The notes under the pieces were generated by a model. It ran no database searches, was not told the DNA's origin, and saw only the letters and a program-made list of their open reading frames with translations. From positions 1,344,001 to 1,408,000 of the forward strand of contig OZ242274.1 of NCBI GenBank assembly GCA_965207375.1: a stretch of 64,000 nt of DNA. Reading direction: 5' to 3'. A program made the position numbers and the translations under genes. Source of the stretch: Nitrosopumilaceae archaeon (lineage in GTDB: Archaea > Thermoproteota > Nitrososphaeria > Nitrososphaerales > Nitrosopumilaceae). Below are positions 32,370 to 43,310 of this stretch, in pieces; position 1 is the first letter of the stretch; each line of letters opens with the position of its first letter.

Positions 32370-32648
32370 ATGAGTGCAAAAGAGAGACTAGTTGATGCTA
32401 CAATTCTTTTGCGTTGTGTTAATAACAAACACATTTGCAAGAACTTACGTGATGCATTATCTAATGTTGATGGTGTTACAGAAGCATTCTGTACTGGAGA
32501 ACAGATAAGCGGAATTGAATTCTGTGTAGGTGGAACCATTGTTGCTACTTCGAGACGACTTGAACAAATTAAACGGGAAGTACACCAATTGAAAAACAAA
32601 AACAAAATTATCGGAGTAGAAAAAACCGCAATGGTTATTGCGGTCTAA
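32370..32648 (+). CDS. Lrp/AsnC ligand-binding-domain-like small protein
   Basis: L..VDGVTEAF and GVEKT.MVIAV pattern. Confidence 0.55.
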   Translation: MSAKERLVDATILLRCVNNKHICKNLRDALSNVDGVTEAFCTGEQISGIEFCVGGTIVATSRRLEQIKREVHQLKNKNKIIGVEKTAMVIAV

Positions 32649-32662
32649 CCAATTACATTAAA

Positions 32663-33568
32663 TTGTCATTACCAAAATCTCTATCGGACATTTTAACATC
32701 TCAATATTTGAAGAAATATGTTATAGAAAAAGATAACATCATTCTTGAAATCGATAAAAGTATTTACAATAAATCAGAAATTATTAAAAAAACAAAAATT
32801 GTCCAAAGTAAAAATAAATTTAAAAAAGCAAAATATTATTGTTTTTTAGATATCGACAGTACTATAACAGACGAACATTCTGATTTACCAGATCCTAGAT
32901 GTGAAGTAATTTTCAAAGAAATGAAAAGATTTGGTCATAAAATCTATCTTATTTCTGGCAGACCAAAGGATGAGGTTGCAACGGTAATTAAACAATGTAA
33001 AACACAGCAACATGCAATTGCGGAAAATGGTGGTTTGATAATCAAAAATAAAAAAATAATTGATGTTTTAGGTTCTAAAGATGTTTGTACTGCTGCATAT
33101 AAAAAAATTCGACAAAAATTACCTAAATCATACAAACAAAAAATTAAGCAAGTTAGAATCAATAACACTACAGAAATTATCCTGAATTTAGTATCTCAAA
33201 AGATTATAGATAAAATACAAAGTATTATAGATAATGAAAACTTGTGTGTTGAAATACAAACAAGCAAACGCTTTCTACATCTACATCAAATAGGCATAAA
33301 CAAAGGGTATGCATTAACATCATTTTTCTATAAACATGGTATAAAATACTCTAATACCATGGCCATAGGAGATAGTGCAATTGATCGTTCAATGTTAAAG
33401 AAAGTTAAATATGGTTATGTTGTACATAATGCTCCCAAATGGTTACAAAATAGTGTTTCACCGGCATTTGTTACAAAACGGGATAATTTTGAAGGTGTGG
33501 TAGAAGCTTTTTTGAACATTGAGCCTAGATTGAAGAAAATCATTGAATCAGAAAATATCTTCTGCTAA
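32663..33568 (+). CDS. HAD-superfamily (Cof/phosphoglycolate-type) phosphatase
   Basis: DIDST, ISGR, AENGG, NKG and AIGDS.ID. Confidence 0.85.
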   Translation: MSLPKSLSDILTSQYLKKYVIEKDNIILEIDKSIYNKSEIIKKTKIVQSKNKFKKAKYYCFLDIDSTITDEHSDLPDPRCEVIFKEMKRFGHKIYLISGRPKDEVATVIKQCKTQQHAIAENGGLIIKNKKIIDVLGSKDVCTAAYKKIRQKLPKSYKQKIKQVRINNTTEIILNLVSQKIIDKIQSIIDNENLCVEIQTSKRFLHLHQIGINKGYALTSFFYKHGIKYSNTMAIGDSAIDRSMLKKVKYGYVVHNAPKWLQNSVSPAFVTKRDNFEGVVEAFLNIEPRLKKIIESENIFC

Positions 33569-33585
33569 ATTCTTTATTGTTACAG

Positions 33586-33686
33586 CAGATAAACGAAATG
33601 TGGGTAAAATAGGCCAAAATCTGACCCAAAATGCAAAGAGAACAACAGGCACAGGTTAAGAATTTGGACCACATTTAGATTAGCTG
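33586..33686. mobile_element. MITE family C (~100 bp)
   Basis: Inverted homolog of 57111-57209. Ends CAG(A/C)TAA.CGAAATG / ..TTAGCTG. Confidence 0.55.
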
Positions 33687-33819
33687 ATTGTTGGTCAAAG
33701 TCAATATGCAGATTTTCTCTGGATTGATGTCTGAATCATGATTCAAAAATTTAACCGTTTTTTGAAAATATCCCAAAATACAAGACAAATTAAAAATAAC
33801 ACACACCAAAGTAAATGAC

Positions 33820-34032
33820 ATGGAAAAAGACAGATACAAGGTAATAACCGGTGGTAATTTCAAGCCTGGTTCCTTGAAACACAAGATCTTTGAAGCACAA
33901 AAACGAATGTATCTGTATAAATTTGCTGGTCATGATGTTGAAAAACTGATTGATCATTTGGAAAGAAACTATGGTAAAAATGACGATTACAAAACACTGC
34001 ACATAATGTTTCCTTCCGGTAAGGTTGAATAG
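33820..34032 (+). CDS. Hypothetical protein
   Basis: Short ORF. Confidence 0.4.
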   Translation: MEKDRYKVITGGNFKPGSLKHKIFEAQKRMYLYKFAGHDVEKLIDHLERNYGKNDDYKTLHIMFPSGKVE

Positions 34033-34095
34033 GTAAATTTTTCCCCTAAATTTGGGCATTTTGGGGCTTAAATACTAAACATAATGGTGGTACTA

Positions 34096-34683
34096 ATGAC
34101 ACATAGAAACAAATCTGTGGCCCTTTCAGCCATTCTTGGCATGGTCATAGGTCTTGGACTTACCGGCGCTGCTGGAGGTGGACTATACTATGTCTTCCAA
34201 GAGCAGTCAGACCTGTTTGCGACTTCAAGCAATGTTGAGATAAAAAATCTTAATGCAATAAAGCGTGGCGATGAACTAACCATAACTGCCAACCTGAAAA
34301 ATGTAGGATCGACATCAATTACTGACGTTCATCTGTCTGAATTGACTAGTGGTGATAAGTACAAGGTAGCATACACAGAAGGTTCTGCTCCTGCTTGTAT
34401 CTTTAAAGTCAACGGGGCCCTGTTTAATATAAGCGGCAACGTTACTACTAATGCTCCTAGAATAGAAATCGCAGATGGAATATCGGGTTGTACATCTCCT
34501 TCTGCATTTAGTGAAGCGGTTCCACTTCAAGGTGGGCAGACTAAAGCATTAAAGTTCACAATAACAAGTGCAGAAAACGACAACGTGCTCATCTCTGACA
34601 GACTGACCATACAACTTAGTTATAGTTCAGGTCAAGACACACTCCAATCTGACATCTACAACACCCGCGTTAGACCGGGTTAA
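34096..34683 (+). CDS. Archaeal type IV pilin-like protein
   Basis: Class III-like signal RNKSVA/LSAILG, then a hydrophobic helix (GGGLYYVF) and ..KNVGST.I motif. Promoter 28 nt upstream. Confidence 0.7.
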   Translation: MTHRNKSVALSAILGMVIGLGLTGAAGGGLYYVFQEQSDLFATSSNVEIKNLNAIKRGDELTITANLKNVGSTSITDVHLSELTSGDKYKVAYTEGSAPACIFKVNGALFNISGNVTTNAPRIEIADGISGCTSPSAFSEAVPLQGGQTKALKFTITSAENDNVLISDRLTIQLSYSSGQDTLQSDIYNTRVRPG

Positions 34684-34905
34684 TCCAATTTTTTATCATG
34701 ACTTTTTTTGCAGTATCACTTGTTATTGCTCTGGTTCTAGTCAGTAGTATCTTTGGAAAACACAAGGTGGGCAGACTATGTTAGAAAAAGAGGTTGTAGA
34801 GATCCTTTTAGAAGACAAGGAAATATTATTAATTACAGGACCAAAATTCCACGGATTATTTTATCGTCCTCTACTACATTTACGTAAATCCAAAGGTGAC
34901 GAATC

Positions 34906-35277
34906 ATGAATGAGACAGAAAGAATTTCTGAATATGTCGATACGGGTGAGAAAATTATCATATCAACAAGGCAGAAAAGATGGGTGCCGGGCGGCTCACC
35001 TGTAACTCCAGACACTATCTTTGTCACAGACAAGAAAATCATTATAAGAAATCCAATGATGCTTGGTCTGCGGGAGACAGTCCAGTATTATAATATTCAA
35101 GACATCATAAATATTTCACACAGAAAGGGGTACTTTTCATCGGCACTACATGTAACAGCACCCGGAATGGGCACTGCTGCACAGAGACCTGAAAATCGTG
35201 ACGGTATAATTTCAGGCATTGATAGTGTAGATGCCATACGGATTGTTCAATTGGTACGGGAGAGACAAAATGAGTGA
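34906..35277 (+). CDS. PH-domain (bPH-like) protein
   Basis: GEKII..RQ.R..PGGS..TP.TIFVTDKKIIIRNP. Confidence 0.7.
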   Translation: MNETERISEYVDTGEKIIISTRQKRWVPGGSPVTPDTIFVTDKKIIIRNPMMLGLRETVQYYNIQDIINISHRKGYFSSALHVTAPGMGTAAQRPENRDGIISGIDSVDAIRIVQLVRERQNE

Positions 35278-35605
35278 AACTTGTGGAAGATGTGGTGCTA
35301 GTACCTCCGTAAATAAGATAAAATCCATCGGAAGCTACAAGCATACACCAATAGTATTTTATGCCAATATCTGTGCTAAGTGTCTTGTTGATTTATCATC
35401 ACTAGATCTTAACATTGATAATTACTTTAACTTTGACCACACATTTGAAATAATAGAACAAGACATAAGCAACTATTCGGAAGAGGATATCGAAATTATT
35501 GCAAGGCATGTAGCACATCACAAAATGGAATATGAGTATCAACAGAAATTATTTTTGGGTTTCAAAGATACGCTATATGACTTGCTAGAAAAAATAGAGG
35601 AATAG
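35270..35605 (+). CDS. Hypothetical protein with CxxC..CxxC
   Basis: MSETCGRCG...CAKC; start overlaps the upstream stop. Confidence 0.5.
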   Translation: MSETCGRCGASTSVNKIKSIGSYKHTPIVFYANICAKCLVDLSSLDLNIDNYFNFDHTFEIIEQDISNYSEEDIEIIARHVAHHKMEYEYQQKLFLGFKDTLYDLLEKIEE

Positions 35606-35636
35606 GTGATATCATGAGTGAATTGTGTGAAGGCTT

Positions 35637-35870
35637 TTGAAATCTGAATTTAAAATCCTTTGTAGTACACAAGAAGATTGTCCTGATGTAAAAAAAGTTC
35701 TATACAGTATGGGATTTACACATCTCAAAGATTTGAACAAATCTCCCGCATTTGATATATCTGCACGATTTGAATTAAAAGATGCATGGCAAAAAGAAGA
35801 GATCGCCGAAAAAATATTTGAAAAGTGTCAGGAAAAAGTTCAAAGCATTCAAATCAATCTAAAAAATTAG
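35637..35870 (+). CDS. Paralog of 16063-16323 (5' end uncertain)
   Basis: Sequence similarity to the 16063-16323 protein. Confidence 0.55.
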   Translation: MKSEFKILCSTQEDCPDVKKVLYSMGFTHLKDLNKSPAFDISARFELKDAWQKEEIAEKIFEKCQEKVQSIQINLKN

Positions 35871-35977
35871 AAAGTCTTTTGAAATATTTGAAAAACACGA
35901 TCAACTGAATTTACAAGAATTTTATCTAACAAGTTGCGTGGGAAACTATATTTAGCAATTTTAAACAATTAGGTAAT

Positions 35978-36742
35978 ATGTTGAAAAACCCCATTAAACT
36001 AAACACCATACATTGTGGGGATGTACTTGATATACTGAAAACATTTCCATCTAATTCCATTGATTTAGTTGTTACTTCTCCTCCATACAATCTTAAAAAT
36101 TCAACTGGAAATGGCCTTAAATGTGGAAATGGTGGTAAATGGCCTCAAGCTGCATTAATTGAGGGGTATGACAAGTATGATGATGCAATGCCATATGACA
36201 AGTATGTGGAATGGCAACGAAAATGTCTCAAATCCTTGATGCGTGTAATTAGTGATAACGGTGCCATATTCTACAATCACAAATGGCGAGTACAAAAGGG
36301 AATAATACAAGACAGGCATGAAATAATAGAAGAGTTTCCTGTACGACAAATCATAATCTGGGAACGTAATGGGGGAATAAACTTCAACCCTGGCTATTTT
36401 CTGCCTACATATGAAGTCATATACCTCATAGCCAAGCCTGGTTTTAAGTTGAAAAAGGATGCATCCAAAATTGGAGATGTCTGGAAAATAGGACAGGAAC
36501 AAAAGAATTGGCATCCGGCACCGTTTCCGGTAGAATTGGCATCAAGATGTATAGGTTCTACTGGTGCAGATATAGTGCTGGATCCATTTATGGGTTCAGG
36601 CAGTACAGCGATAGCTGCAGAGCAGAATGGACGTAAATGGGTCGGAATTGACATTTCAAAAGAATACTGTACTAAAGCCAAGACTAGGATCAAAACTGCT
36701 AGAAAACATGAACGTTCTCAGGATATTACTGCTTGGCGATGA
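35978..36742 (+). CDS. DNA methyltransferase, N4-C/N6-A beta class
   Basis: TSPPYN, HPAPFP and DPFMGSGST. Confidence 0.9.
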   Translation: MLKNPIKLNTIHCGDVLDILKTFPSNSIDLVVTSPPYNLKNSTGNGLKCGNGGKWPQAALIEGYDKYDDAMPYDKYVEWQRKCLKSLMRVISDNGAIFYNHKWRVQKGIIQDRHEIIEEFPVRQIIIWERNGGINFNPGYFLPTYEVIYLIAKPGFKLKKDASKIGDVWKIGQEQKNWHPAPFPVELASRCIGSTGADIVLDPFMGSGSTAIAAEQNGRKWVGIDISKEYCTKAKTRIKTARKHERSQDITAWR

Positions 36743-37496
36743 TCATATTTACCAAGGAATCACTAAAGGAAAATCTATGTGATATTCATGATCGTGGATG
36801 GATAGTTAATACTCGTAGCAACAATGATGGTGGGGCGGGCAACATGTTGGAAGATTTGCTAGGTATTGAAGAAAACAAACTACCGCTTCCAAACGCCGGT
36901 GAATGGGAACTGAAAACTCAGAGGGCCAATACTACATCATTAGTTACCCTATTTCATTTAGAACCATCTCCAACTGCCTGCAAATTTATATCTAAAATAC
37001 TGCTTCCAAAATACGGTTGGCCACATAAGGAGGCTGGCAAGAAATACGGTTATGATGAAAAAAGTTTTCGGCAGACTATAACATCTGGACAATACACAGA
37101 TCGTGATTTCACAACCATGTCAACCATAAGCTAGAACGCGTGGAAGTGTCATTTGATCATGCATCTATAGATACATCCAGACATGATAGGTGGAAAAATA
37201 CTGTTCGGGATTTGGGAGAATTGAACCCTGTACCATATTGGGGATTTGATGATTTATTCCACAAGGCAGGTACCAAATTACACAAAACAATACACGTCAC
37301 AGCAGAACTGAAATGTGAAGGAGATGTTGCATACGTTAGATATGTTAAATTTACGATGTTGGAGGGATTTACACGTGAGTTGTGGATAAAAGCAATTGAG
37401 AAAGGTATGGTTTTAGTAGATTTTGATGCACGGACAGGACACAATCATGGGACAAAGTTTAGACTACGACAAAACGCATATCCAAAATTATTTTAA
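36733..37496 (+). pseudogene. MvaI/BcnI-family restriction endonuclease, frameshifted near 37120
   Basis: G.GN.LEDLLGIEEN, ELKT, TLF..EP and HNHGTKFR, split over two frames. Confidence 0.8.
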
Positions 37497-37611
37497 TCAA
37501 TCAAAGACATTTCACGGTGACAAATTTTGGAAAACTAGTCCCTAAAAAATTATGTATCTGTTAACATTGTTTTGAAAGTATGGTAATTTTAGGCACGAAA
37601 TTGCTTTGCTG

Positions 37612-37914
37612 TCAAAAGATAGAATAAAAAAATTCAGGCGTAACGTTAACACTTACAAAATGACATAATTTGAGAACAGTATGTCCGCAACTTTTTTTTT
37701 CCAATTCTTCTAGAGATGCATAAAGTCTACTATTCCATCCAAAAGAGCATTGGTTACAAAACCATTTGGTTGGAAATTCCGGTATACAGCAACCGCCCAT
37801 AATAATTCTCCCCTCCTCTAACTCTTTTTCTAGTTCCTCTGAGGGAATTGGGTAACCGTAGAGAATCCTTGCAACGGAATTGCTGCCACATTTGGGACAC
37901 TTTCGTCTGGCCAT
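37612..37914 (-). CDS. Small zinc-finger protein, copy 1
   Basis: MARRKCPKCGS...ILYG.P...GGCC...WFCNQC; duplicated at 40168-40392. Confidence 0.6.
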   Translation of the reverse strand: MARRKCPKCGSNSVARILYGYPIPSEELEKELEEGRIIMGGCCIPEFPTKWFCNQCSFGWNSRLYASLEELEKKSCGHTVLKLCHFVSVNVTPEFFYSIF

Positions 37915-37964
37915 GTGTAGTTTCAATATTTTATAAAATATAATGTTTAAGAGAACAAAATACG
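37734..37964. repeat. ~230-bp direct repeat, copy 1 (copy 2 at 40212-40442)
   Basis: Near-identical sequence covering the zinc-finger gene and its upstream region. Confidence 0.9.
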
Positions 37965-38048
37965 ACACATTGAAAGAATTTCAGGGGTGGACCGGAGAAT
38001 TTTATCAACACTTAATTCGGAATAATCATTTCATAAGATGGGGTAATA

Positions 38049-38741
38049 ATGCAGTGTGAAACAAGGTATCTGTCAATAAATACAGAAAGACTTTTGGGTC
38101 GTAAACTTAATGATATAGAGTTAAAGGCCGATCCAGGAACAGTTTTTGTAAAAGGTTCTTTAGAAATTCCACTACCGTCCCCAAAAGTATCAATCATTGG
38201 TTCTAGAAAAGCGTCCCCCGAAGGAATTGCAAATGCCCAAAAGATTGCAAAAACGTTGATTGAAAATCAAGTAATCATTGTTAGTGGACTTGCTGAAGGG
38301 ATAGATACTGCTGCACATGTCACAGCATTAAACATGAATGGAAAAACTATTGCGGTGATAGGCACCCCATTAGACAAAACATATCCGAAAATAAACTATA
38401 CACTTCAACAAGAATTGATGAAAAATCATCTTGTAGTTTCACAATTTCCGATAGGTTATCCAATCACCGGAAAAAATTTCGTAATACGAAACAGAACAAT
38501 GGCACTTATTTCTGATGCCTCAGTAATTGTAGAAGCTGGAGAAACAAGCGGTTCAAAACATCAAGGATGGGAAACACTTAGAATGGGAAGACCGTTATTC
38601 ATTTGGGAATCCGTTGTAAATAATAAAGAGTTAGATTGGCCCACAGAAATGATGGATCACGGTGCCGTAGAATTATCTAAACCATCAGACATACTTGAAG
38701 TACTACCAACACGTTTTAAAATAATTGATGTGTTTCAATAG
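38049..38741 (+). CDS. dprA: DprA/Smf-family protein
   Basis: IIGSRKAS, VSGLAEGIDTAAH, F..RNR.MA and IVEAGE.SGS. Confidence 0.9.
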   Translation: MQCETRYLSINTERLLGRKLNDIELKADPGTVFVKGSLEIPLPSPKVSIIGSRKASPEGIANAQKIAKTLIENQVIIVSGLAEGIDTAAHVTALNMNGKTIAVIGTPLDKTYPKINYTLQQELMKNHLVVSQFPIGYPITGKNFVIRNRTMALISDASVIVEAGETSGSKHQGWETLRMGRPLFIWESVVNNKELDWPTEMMDHGAVELSKPSDILEVLPTRFKIIDVFQ

Positions 38742-39399
38742 CACTTTGAAAATTACTAGTCTTGATTGTGGTTCTCTTCTCACATATTCTCCGTATGGAA
38801 GTACAAAAGAAGAAACACGTTCAAAAACTTTCAAGGCAAAATTAAAGAGTGATGGATACTTGGAAGAAGAAAAAATTTTGATGACAGAGTACATAGCACG
38901 AGGAATTAAAAATAATTTGGAAAAACTCCCATTTGCTGATTTCTTTAAAAGAAATCCAATTTTAATTCCCACACCAAGTAGTTCTCTTACTAAAACCGAT
39001 ACACTTTGGGTTCCACAACGGTTAGCAATTGCTTTAGTAAATAATGGACTTGGAGAAAAAGTCAGTTCATGTCTTCAACGTACAAATCCTTTACGAAAAT
39101 CCCACACAAGTACCAGTGCTAACAGGCCTAAAGCTCAAGAACATTATAACACAATTGCAGTTCAAAAAGAACTTTCTGAACCCGATGAGATTTTATTGAT
39201 AGATGATTTTATAACTAGAGGAGCCACATTTATTGGAGCTGCAAATAAACTAAAAGATGCTTTCCCTGATTCCAATATTCGTGCATTTGCAGGAATTAAA
39301 ACAATTAGTAATCCAGAAAAATTTAAAAAAATTTTCGACCCTTGTATTGGAAAAATTACATTTGACGGTGAAGAGTCATATAATGATTGTAATGATTAG
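38725..39399 (+). CDS. ComF-like phosphoribosyltransferase
   Basis: LIPTPSS and LLIDDFITRGAT (PRPP-binding motif). Confidence 0.85.
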   Translation: MMCFNSTLKITSLDCGSLLTYSPYGSTKEETRSKTFKAKLKSDGYLEEEKILMTEYIARGIKNNLEKLPFADFFKRNPILIPTPSSSLTKTDTLWVPQRLAIALVNNGLGEKVSSCLQRTNPLRKSHTSTSANRPKAQEHYNTIAVQKELSEPDEILLIDDFITRGATFIGAANKLKDAFPDSNIRAFAGIKTISNPEKFKKIFDPCIGKITFDGEESYNDCND

Positions 39400-39540
39400 G
39401 AACTAGTAATTTTATGATATATGATCTGCATATCTATGATTCTATGCCTAATTTTTGAACATACCTGAAAAATTTACTAATAGAGTTTGTATGAACATCT
39501 TGCCATATACTTTTAATAATCTGTAGAATAATCTTGTATT

Positions 39541-39762
39541 ATGAGTTCTACAATACAGAAAAAAACATATGGAGTAATGATAACCCGCGACAAAACAGAC
39601 GGGGGATTTGTTGGTGTATGTGATGAGTTAAACGCGTTTTCACAAGGAGAAACATATGGAGAAATAATGGAAAACATCAAAGAGGCAGTAGAGCTTGCAG
39701 CAGAAGATGCTGGCAACACGGATGGTTTTAACATGTTAATCATCCAAAATGACAATGACTAA
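39541..39762 (+). CDS. hicB: HicB-family antitoxin
   Basis: GGFVG.C.EL.AFSQGET..E...NIKEAVEL. Confidence 0.85.
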   Translation: MSSTIQKKTYGVMITRDKTDGGFVGVCDELNAFSQGETYGEIMENIKEAVELAAEDAGNTDGFNMLIIQNDND

Positions 39763-39991
39763 AATTCCTAGAATTTCTGGCAATGTTATGATAAAATATC
39801 TGATCAAACAAAATTTTACAATTGCAACTAGAAAAGGCAGTCATGTCACATTGAGGCGAGATTACATATCTGTGACTGTTCCTGCTAGAAACAGTAGATT
39901 AAAGATAGGATTGCTTTTAGGAGTGTTAAACAAGGTCGGTATTAACAAAGAGAAATTTATCGATGATTGGAATCATGGCATTGTAAAATAA
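39755..39991 (+). CDS. hicA: HicA-family toxin
   Basis: P.ISG...L...F..RKGSHV.L..VTVP...L..G.L. Confidence 0.85.
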   Translation: MTKIPRISGNVMIKYLIKQNFTIATRKGSHVTLRRDYISVTVPARNSRLKIGLLLGVLNKVGINKEKFIDDWNHGIVK

Positions 39992-40167
39992 TTTTACAAA
40001 TTCATGAATTAATCAACACCTCATGTAATTCCTCAAAGATTTCACCATGTTCATCTCCAAATATCTCATAGAACTTTATCCGTCTGCCCTTTTGGTTAAA
40101 CGAAAACATCATCTAGTGTATAATGATTTTAAAATGATATGATTTGAAAACAATATACCTGTAAGAC

Positions 40168-40392
40168 TTATTTTTCCAATTCCTGTAGTATGGGTTTATC
40201 AAGTGTGCACCTCCATCCAAAAGAGCATTGGTTACAAAACCATTTGGTTGGAAATTCCGGTATACAGCAACCGCCCATAATAATTCTCCCCTCCTCTAAC
40301 TCTTTTTCTAGTTCCTCTGAGGGAATTGGGTAACCGTAGAGAATCCTTGCAACGGAATTGCTGCCACATTTGGGACACTTGCGTCTGGCCAT
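40168..40392 (-). CDS. Small zinc-finger protein, copy 2
   Basis: N-terminal ~60 aa identical to copy 1. Confidence 0.65.
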   Translation of the reverse strand: MARRKCPKCGSNSVARILYGYPIPSEELEKELEEGRIIMGGCCIPEFPTKWFCNQCSFGWRCTLDKPILQELEK

Positions 40393-40782
40393 GTGGATAG
40401 TTTCAATATTTTATAAAATATAATGCTTGAGAACAAAATACGGTACATGAAAGGTTTGTAATTGTCAGAACTGCCAACTTTACGGTAGTGATTTGTTCTT
40501 GCGTTCATACGTAAGATCTTTCAAAAATTAAAATAGAACCAAGTAGGAAGAAAGGTGATTGGCTCGGTACTCTAGGAAATGGAGCTAAAATCAACATCAT
40601 CTCTGCTTCCACAGATATGGTTGTCACGGCTTATTGTCAATCCTTTTACTTGATTCATAGTAGATTCTTCAGCATTAATTGTTGATAAAACACAATATGT
40701 AAATTTTCTCCGGATTGTCCGTGGCCTAAAATTTCTCCAATTGCAGCATAATTTGCTCTTATGGGTAAAAGAGTTCAAAAAT

Positions 40783-41290
40783 TTAACCATTTTTTTTGAA
40801 ATCGAGAGTTTCTTGTTTATCATTAAATGTTATTTGGTATTTGGTGAATAGTCCGCTGCGGCCAACTAGAATGTTTCTTTTAAGTTCAACTCCCGATGGA
40901 TCGCTTTCTGGAAATGCAACATCTACGGTGTCTATGCCAATGCGTTGGCCCTTGTATACTATTTCTAAATACATTTTTGATCTGTACGTAGTAAATTCAC
41001 CTCCGGCACCAACAGTGCTTTTTTTAGATGTCTCATCAATGTCAAGATGTAAAATATTTGCTATTGCCCTGGGAATAAAACATATGTCTGCCCCCGAATC
41101 TACCAACGCATGGGTTCTAAACTCAGGGTTTTTTCCCCACAACTGTATGTTCTGAGAATTTTCTGAATACCACCTCTATTCTGGGCCTTTTGACTAGAAC
41201 TGTTTTTCCGTCATCATGTTTGAGTCGATCTGCCCTGTATTTGAAGTGAAGTTTGGCTGCAAATCTACTGTCTCTTTGCATGTAAGACAT
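40783..41290 (-). pseudogene. Retropepsin-like aspartyl protease, frameshifted near 41140
   Basis: ALVDSGAD, ILVGR..LF..Y.I.F. The N-terminal part (..RPRIEV) is in another frame. Confidence 0.65.
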
Positions 41291-41297
41291 TAACGTG

Positions 41298-41504
41298 TTA
41301 GAGAATTAAGGTTTCTTCTTGCTTTAGAGGCACTTGTTCAAACAGCGGGGTTCTTCCCTTAGATGCCTCTAAGGCATCTTTATAGACTTTTTCAACGTTT
41401 TCCCCTTTTGCGATAATTTTTGAATCTAAAACTGCAATCCATTTACCAGCATAATGCTCTCTGTCAGTTAAACTCAGTACAAATTCTGATTCCACACTAC
41501 TCAT
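41298..41504 (-). CDS. DUF5678-like small protein
   Basis: YAGKWIAV....IIA.G, upstream of the aspartyl protease. Confidence 0.7.
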   Translation of the reverse strand: MSSVESEFVLSLTDREHYAGKWIAVLDSKIIAKGENVEKVYKDALEASKGRTPLFEQVPLKQEETLIL

Positions 41505-41564
41505 ATCGCAATCTCTCCATATTACTATATCACCTTTTGTGATTTAAAGATGTATGCAGTCATA

Positions 41565-43310
41565 GATTCTCCAGCGTTATCTGTTGGTAAAAGTCAATAT
41601 ACAAATTTTCTCCGAATTGCCCGTGCCTAGATTTCTGCCTGTGTCCGCAGAACCATCACAAATTAGCAGAGCAATCACATACCAGCAAAACATAATCTTC
41701 TCCGAGTTGTCACTGTTTCATCACACATGTAACTTTGACATTAGAGTTTATTGTACGTACAGTGCAGCGTTTGATATTACGGTCCTCCATTTTTGTCCGT
41801 GTATAGTTATACCTGCAGCCTCTGCAGGCGTCTTGCCTCCAAGACTCGAGTGAGGTCGCATGAAATTGTAATAAATATCACATCCTGCAAATATTGGCGA
41901 GTTTTTACTTTTAATGCCGCGTCTGGGTCGTTGTATAGCACGTAATGTCCCGTTGAATCTTTCTCAGACATTGTTGTTGTTCTTTTTGGAAATTCCTGCA
42001 TTTGATATGTGTGTGCAATGTTGATGTAGTGCATTTGGTGCAGCATACACTGATTCAAATGCTTGTGCATATGAGGGCAGGCCATCGCTTACAAATTCTG
42101 TAGGTTTCTTTCCGGCACGGGCTGCTGCAGCTTTGAGTAGGTTTTCTGCATTGTGTCCGTCCTTACAGTCTGCAACCTCCCATGCTAGTAAAAATCGGGT
42201 ATCATAATCAGTCTCTGCAAAAAGATAATTTTGTTTACCTCTTATGGAAACGTATTCTTCGTCTGCACAGAATCGATTGCCTGTATTAATTGAAAGTGAC
42301 ATCAGGTATACATACACCATTGTTACAAATTTGATTATCCATCTGTATATCGTAGATACACACACATACACTCCCTTTTGTGCTAGCGTGTCTTGTATTG
42401 CACTAGGTGTATGTCCCTTATAGTAGGCATCAAGTGCATCTAGAATCGCCCATGATTCTATTCGTGCGTGTTCCATGCCGCCTCTGTACGCAAAGACACG
42501 CTTGCAATTTTTGCATTGGTATCGTTGCGTAGTGCCATGTCTACGCTGTATGTGACCATATTTTATGATGTGTTCGTCACCGCAATGCATACAGTGTGAT
42601 GGAATCTCTATTAGAACTATTTCTGTGGTTTTTTTCTCAGTATTGTCATCTGCATCTTTGGGCTGTTTGTCCTGGCAAGGCAGCTTAGCTGCATCTTTGG
42701 ATTGTTCATCAATTATTGTCTCTGCATCTCTGTCTACAGTATCTGCAATTACTGCTAGGATATGCTTGCATTGAGCCTGTCTGTATTTGTGATCTGGACA
42801 GTCACAGGACCAAGAATTTTTTTTCTGTATCACGGTATATCTGATGTTGTCCTTAGATTGGGACTGTACTGTGTAATGGTTATGCCTGATTTTTTTTATT
42901 GTATTTTGTGTATCTAGTATTTTCAAGGCACGATTTCCACGCCCTTGTGCACCCTTGCTCCAAGATACACGTGTACTCATCCATCTAGTAACTCTTGCCA
43001 TTTTGTCAGTACTGCGCGTAAGCAGTGTAGATGTCTTGTTTCGTATAGTCTCAAATTTTTCGTGTAGTTTAAATTTTGATCCTGTATATGATTTTTGATG
43101 TGTTAGTCCCATCATTGCGAAATTCGATGGGACTACATGTCGTGATACATTTGGATCATGTGGGTTAACAAATTTTGAAAAAATGGTTAAATTTTTGATC
43201 TCTTTTACCTGTACAAAAGCAAATTATGCTGCAATTGAAGAAATTTTAGGCACGGGCAATTCGGAGAAAATTTGCATATTGACTTTGACCAACAGTTAAC
43301 GCTGGAGAAT
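41565..43310 (-). mobile_element. IS6-like element with ~70-bp terminal inverted repeats
   Basis: GATTCTCCAGCGTTA.CTGTTGGT.AAAGTCAATAT.CAAATTTTCTCCGAATTGCCCGTGCCTA at both ends. Solo copies (MITE family B) near 33690, 40662, 49489 and 62233. Confidence 0.75.
41748..43115 (-). pseudogene. IS6-like DDE transposase with SWIM and zinc-ribbon domains; in-frame TGA at 41964-41966
   Basis: CDCPD..CKH, CMHC..CKNC, ADE and SDG. The frame continues ERFNGT...YYNFMRPH..L.GKTPAEAAG. Confidence 0.8.

Noticed and set aside
37984-37997. GGGGTGGACCGGAG as a tRNA 3'-end att remnant
   Set aside because: Too short, with no partner repeat in the window.
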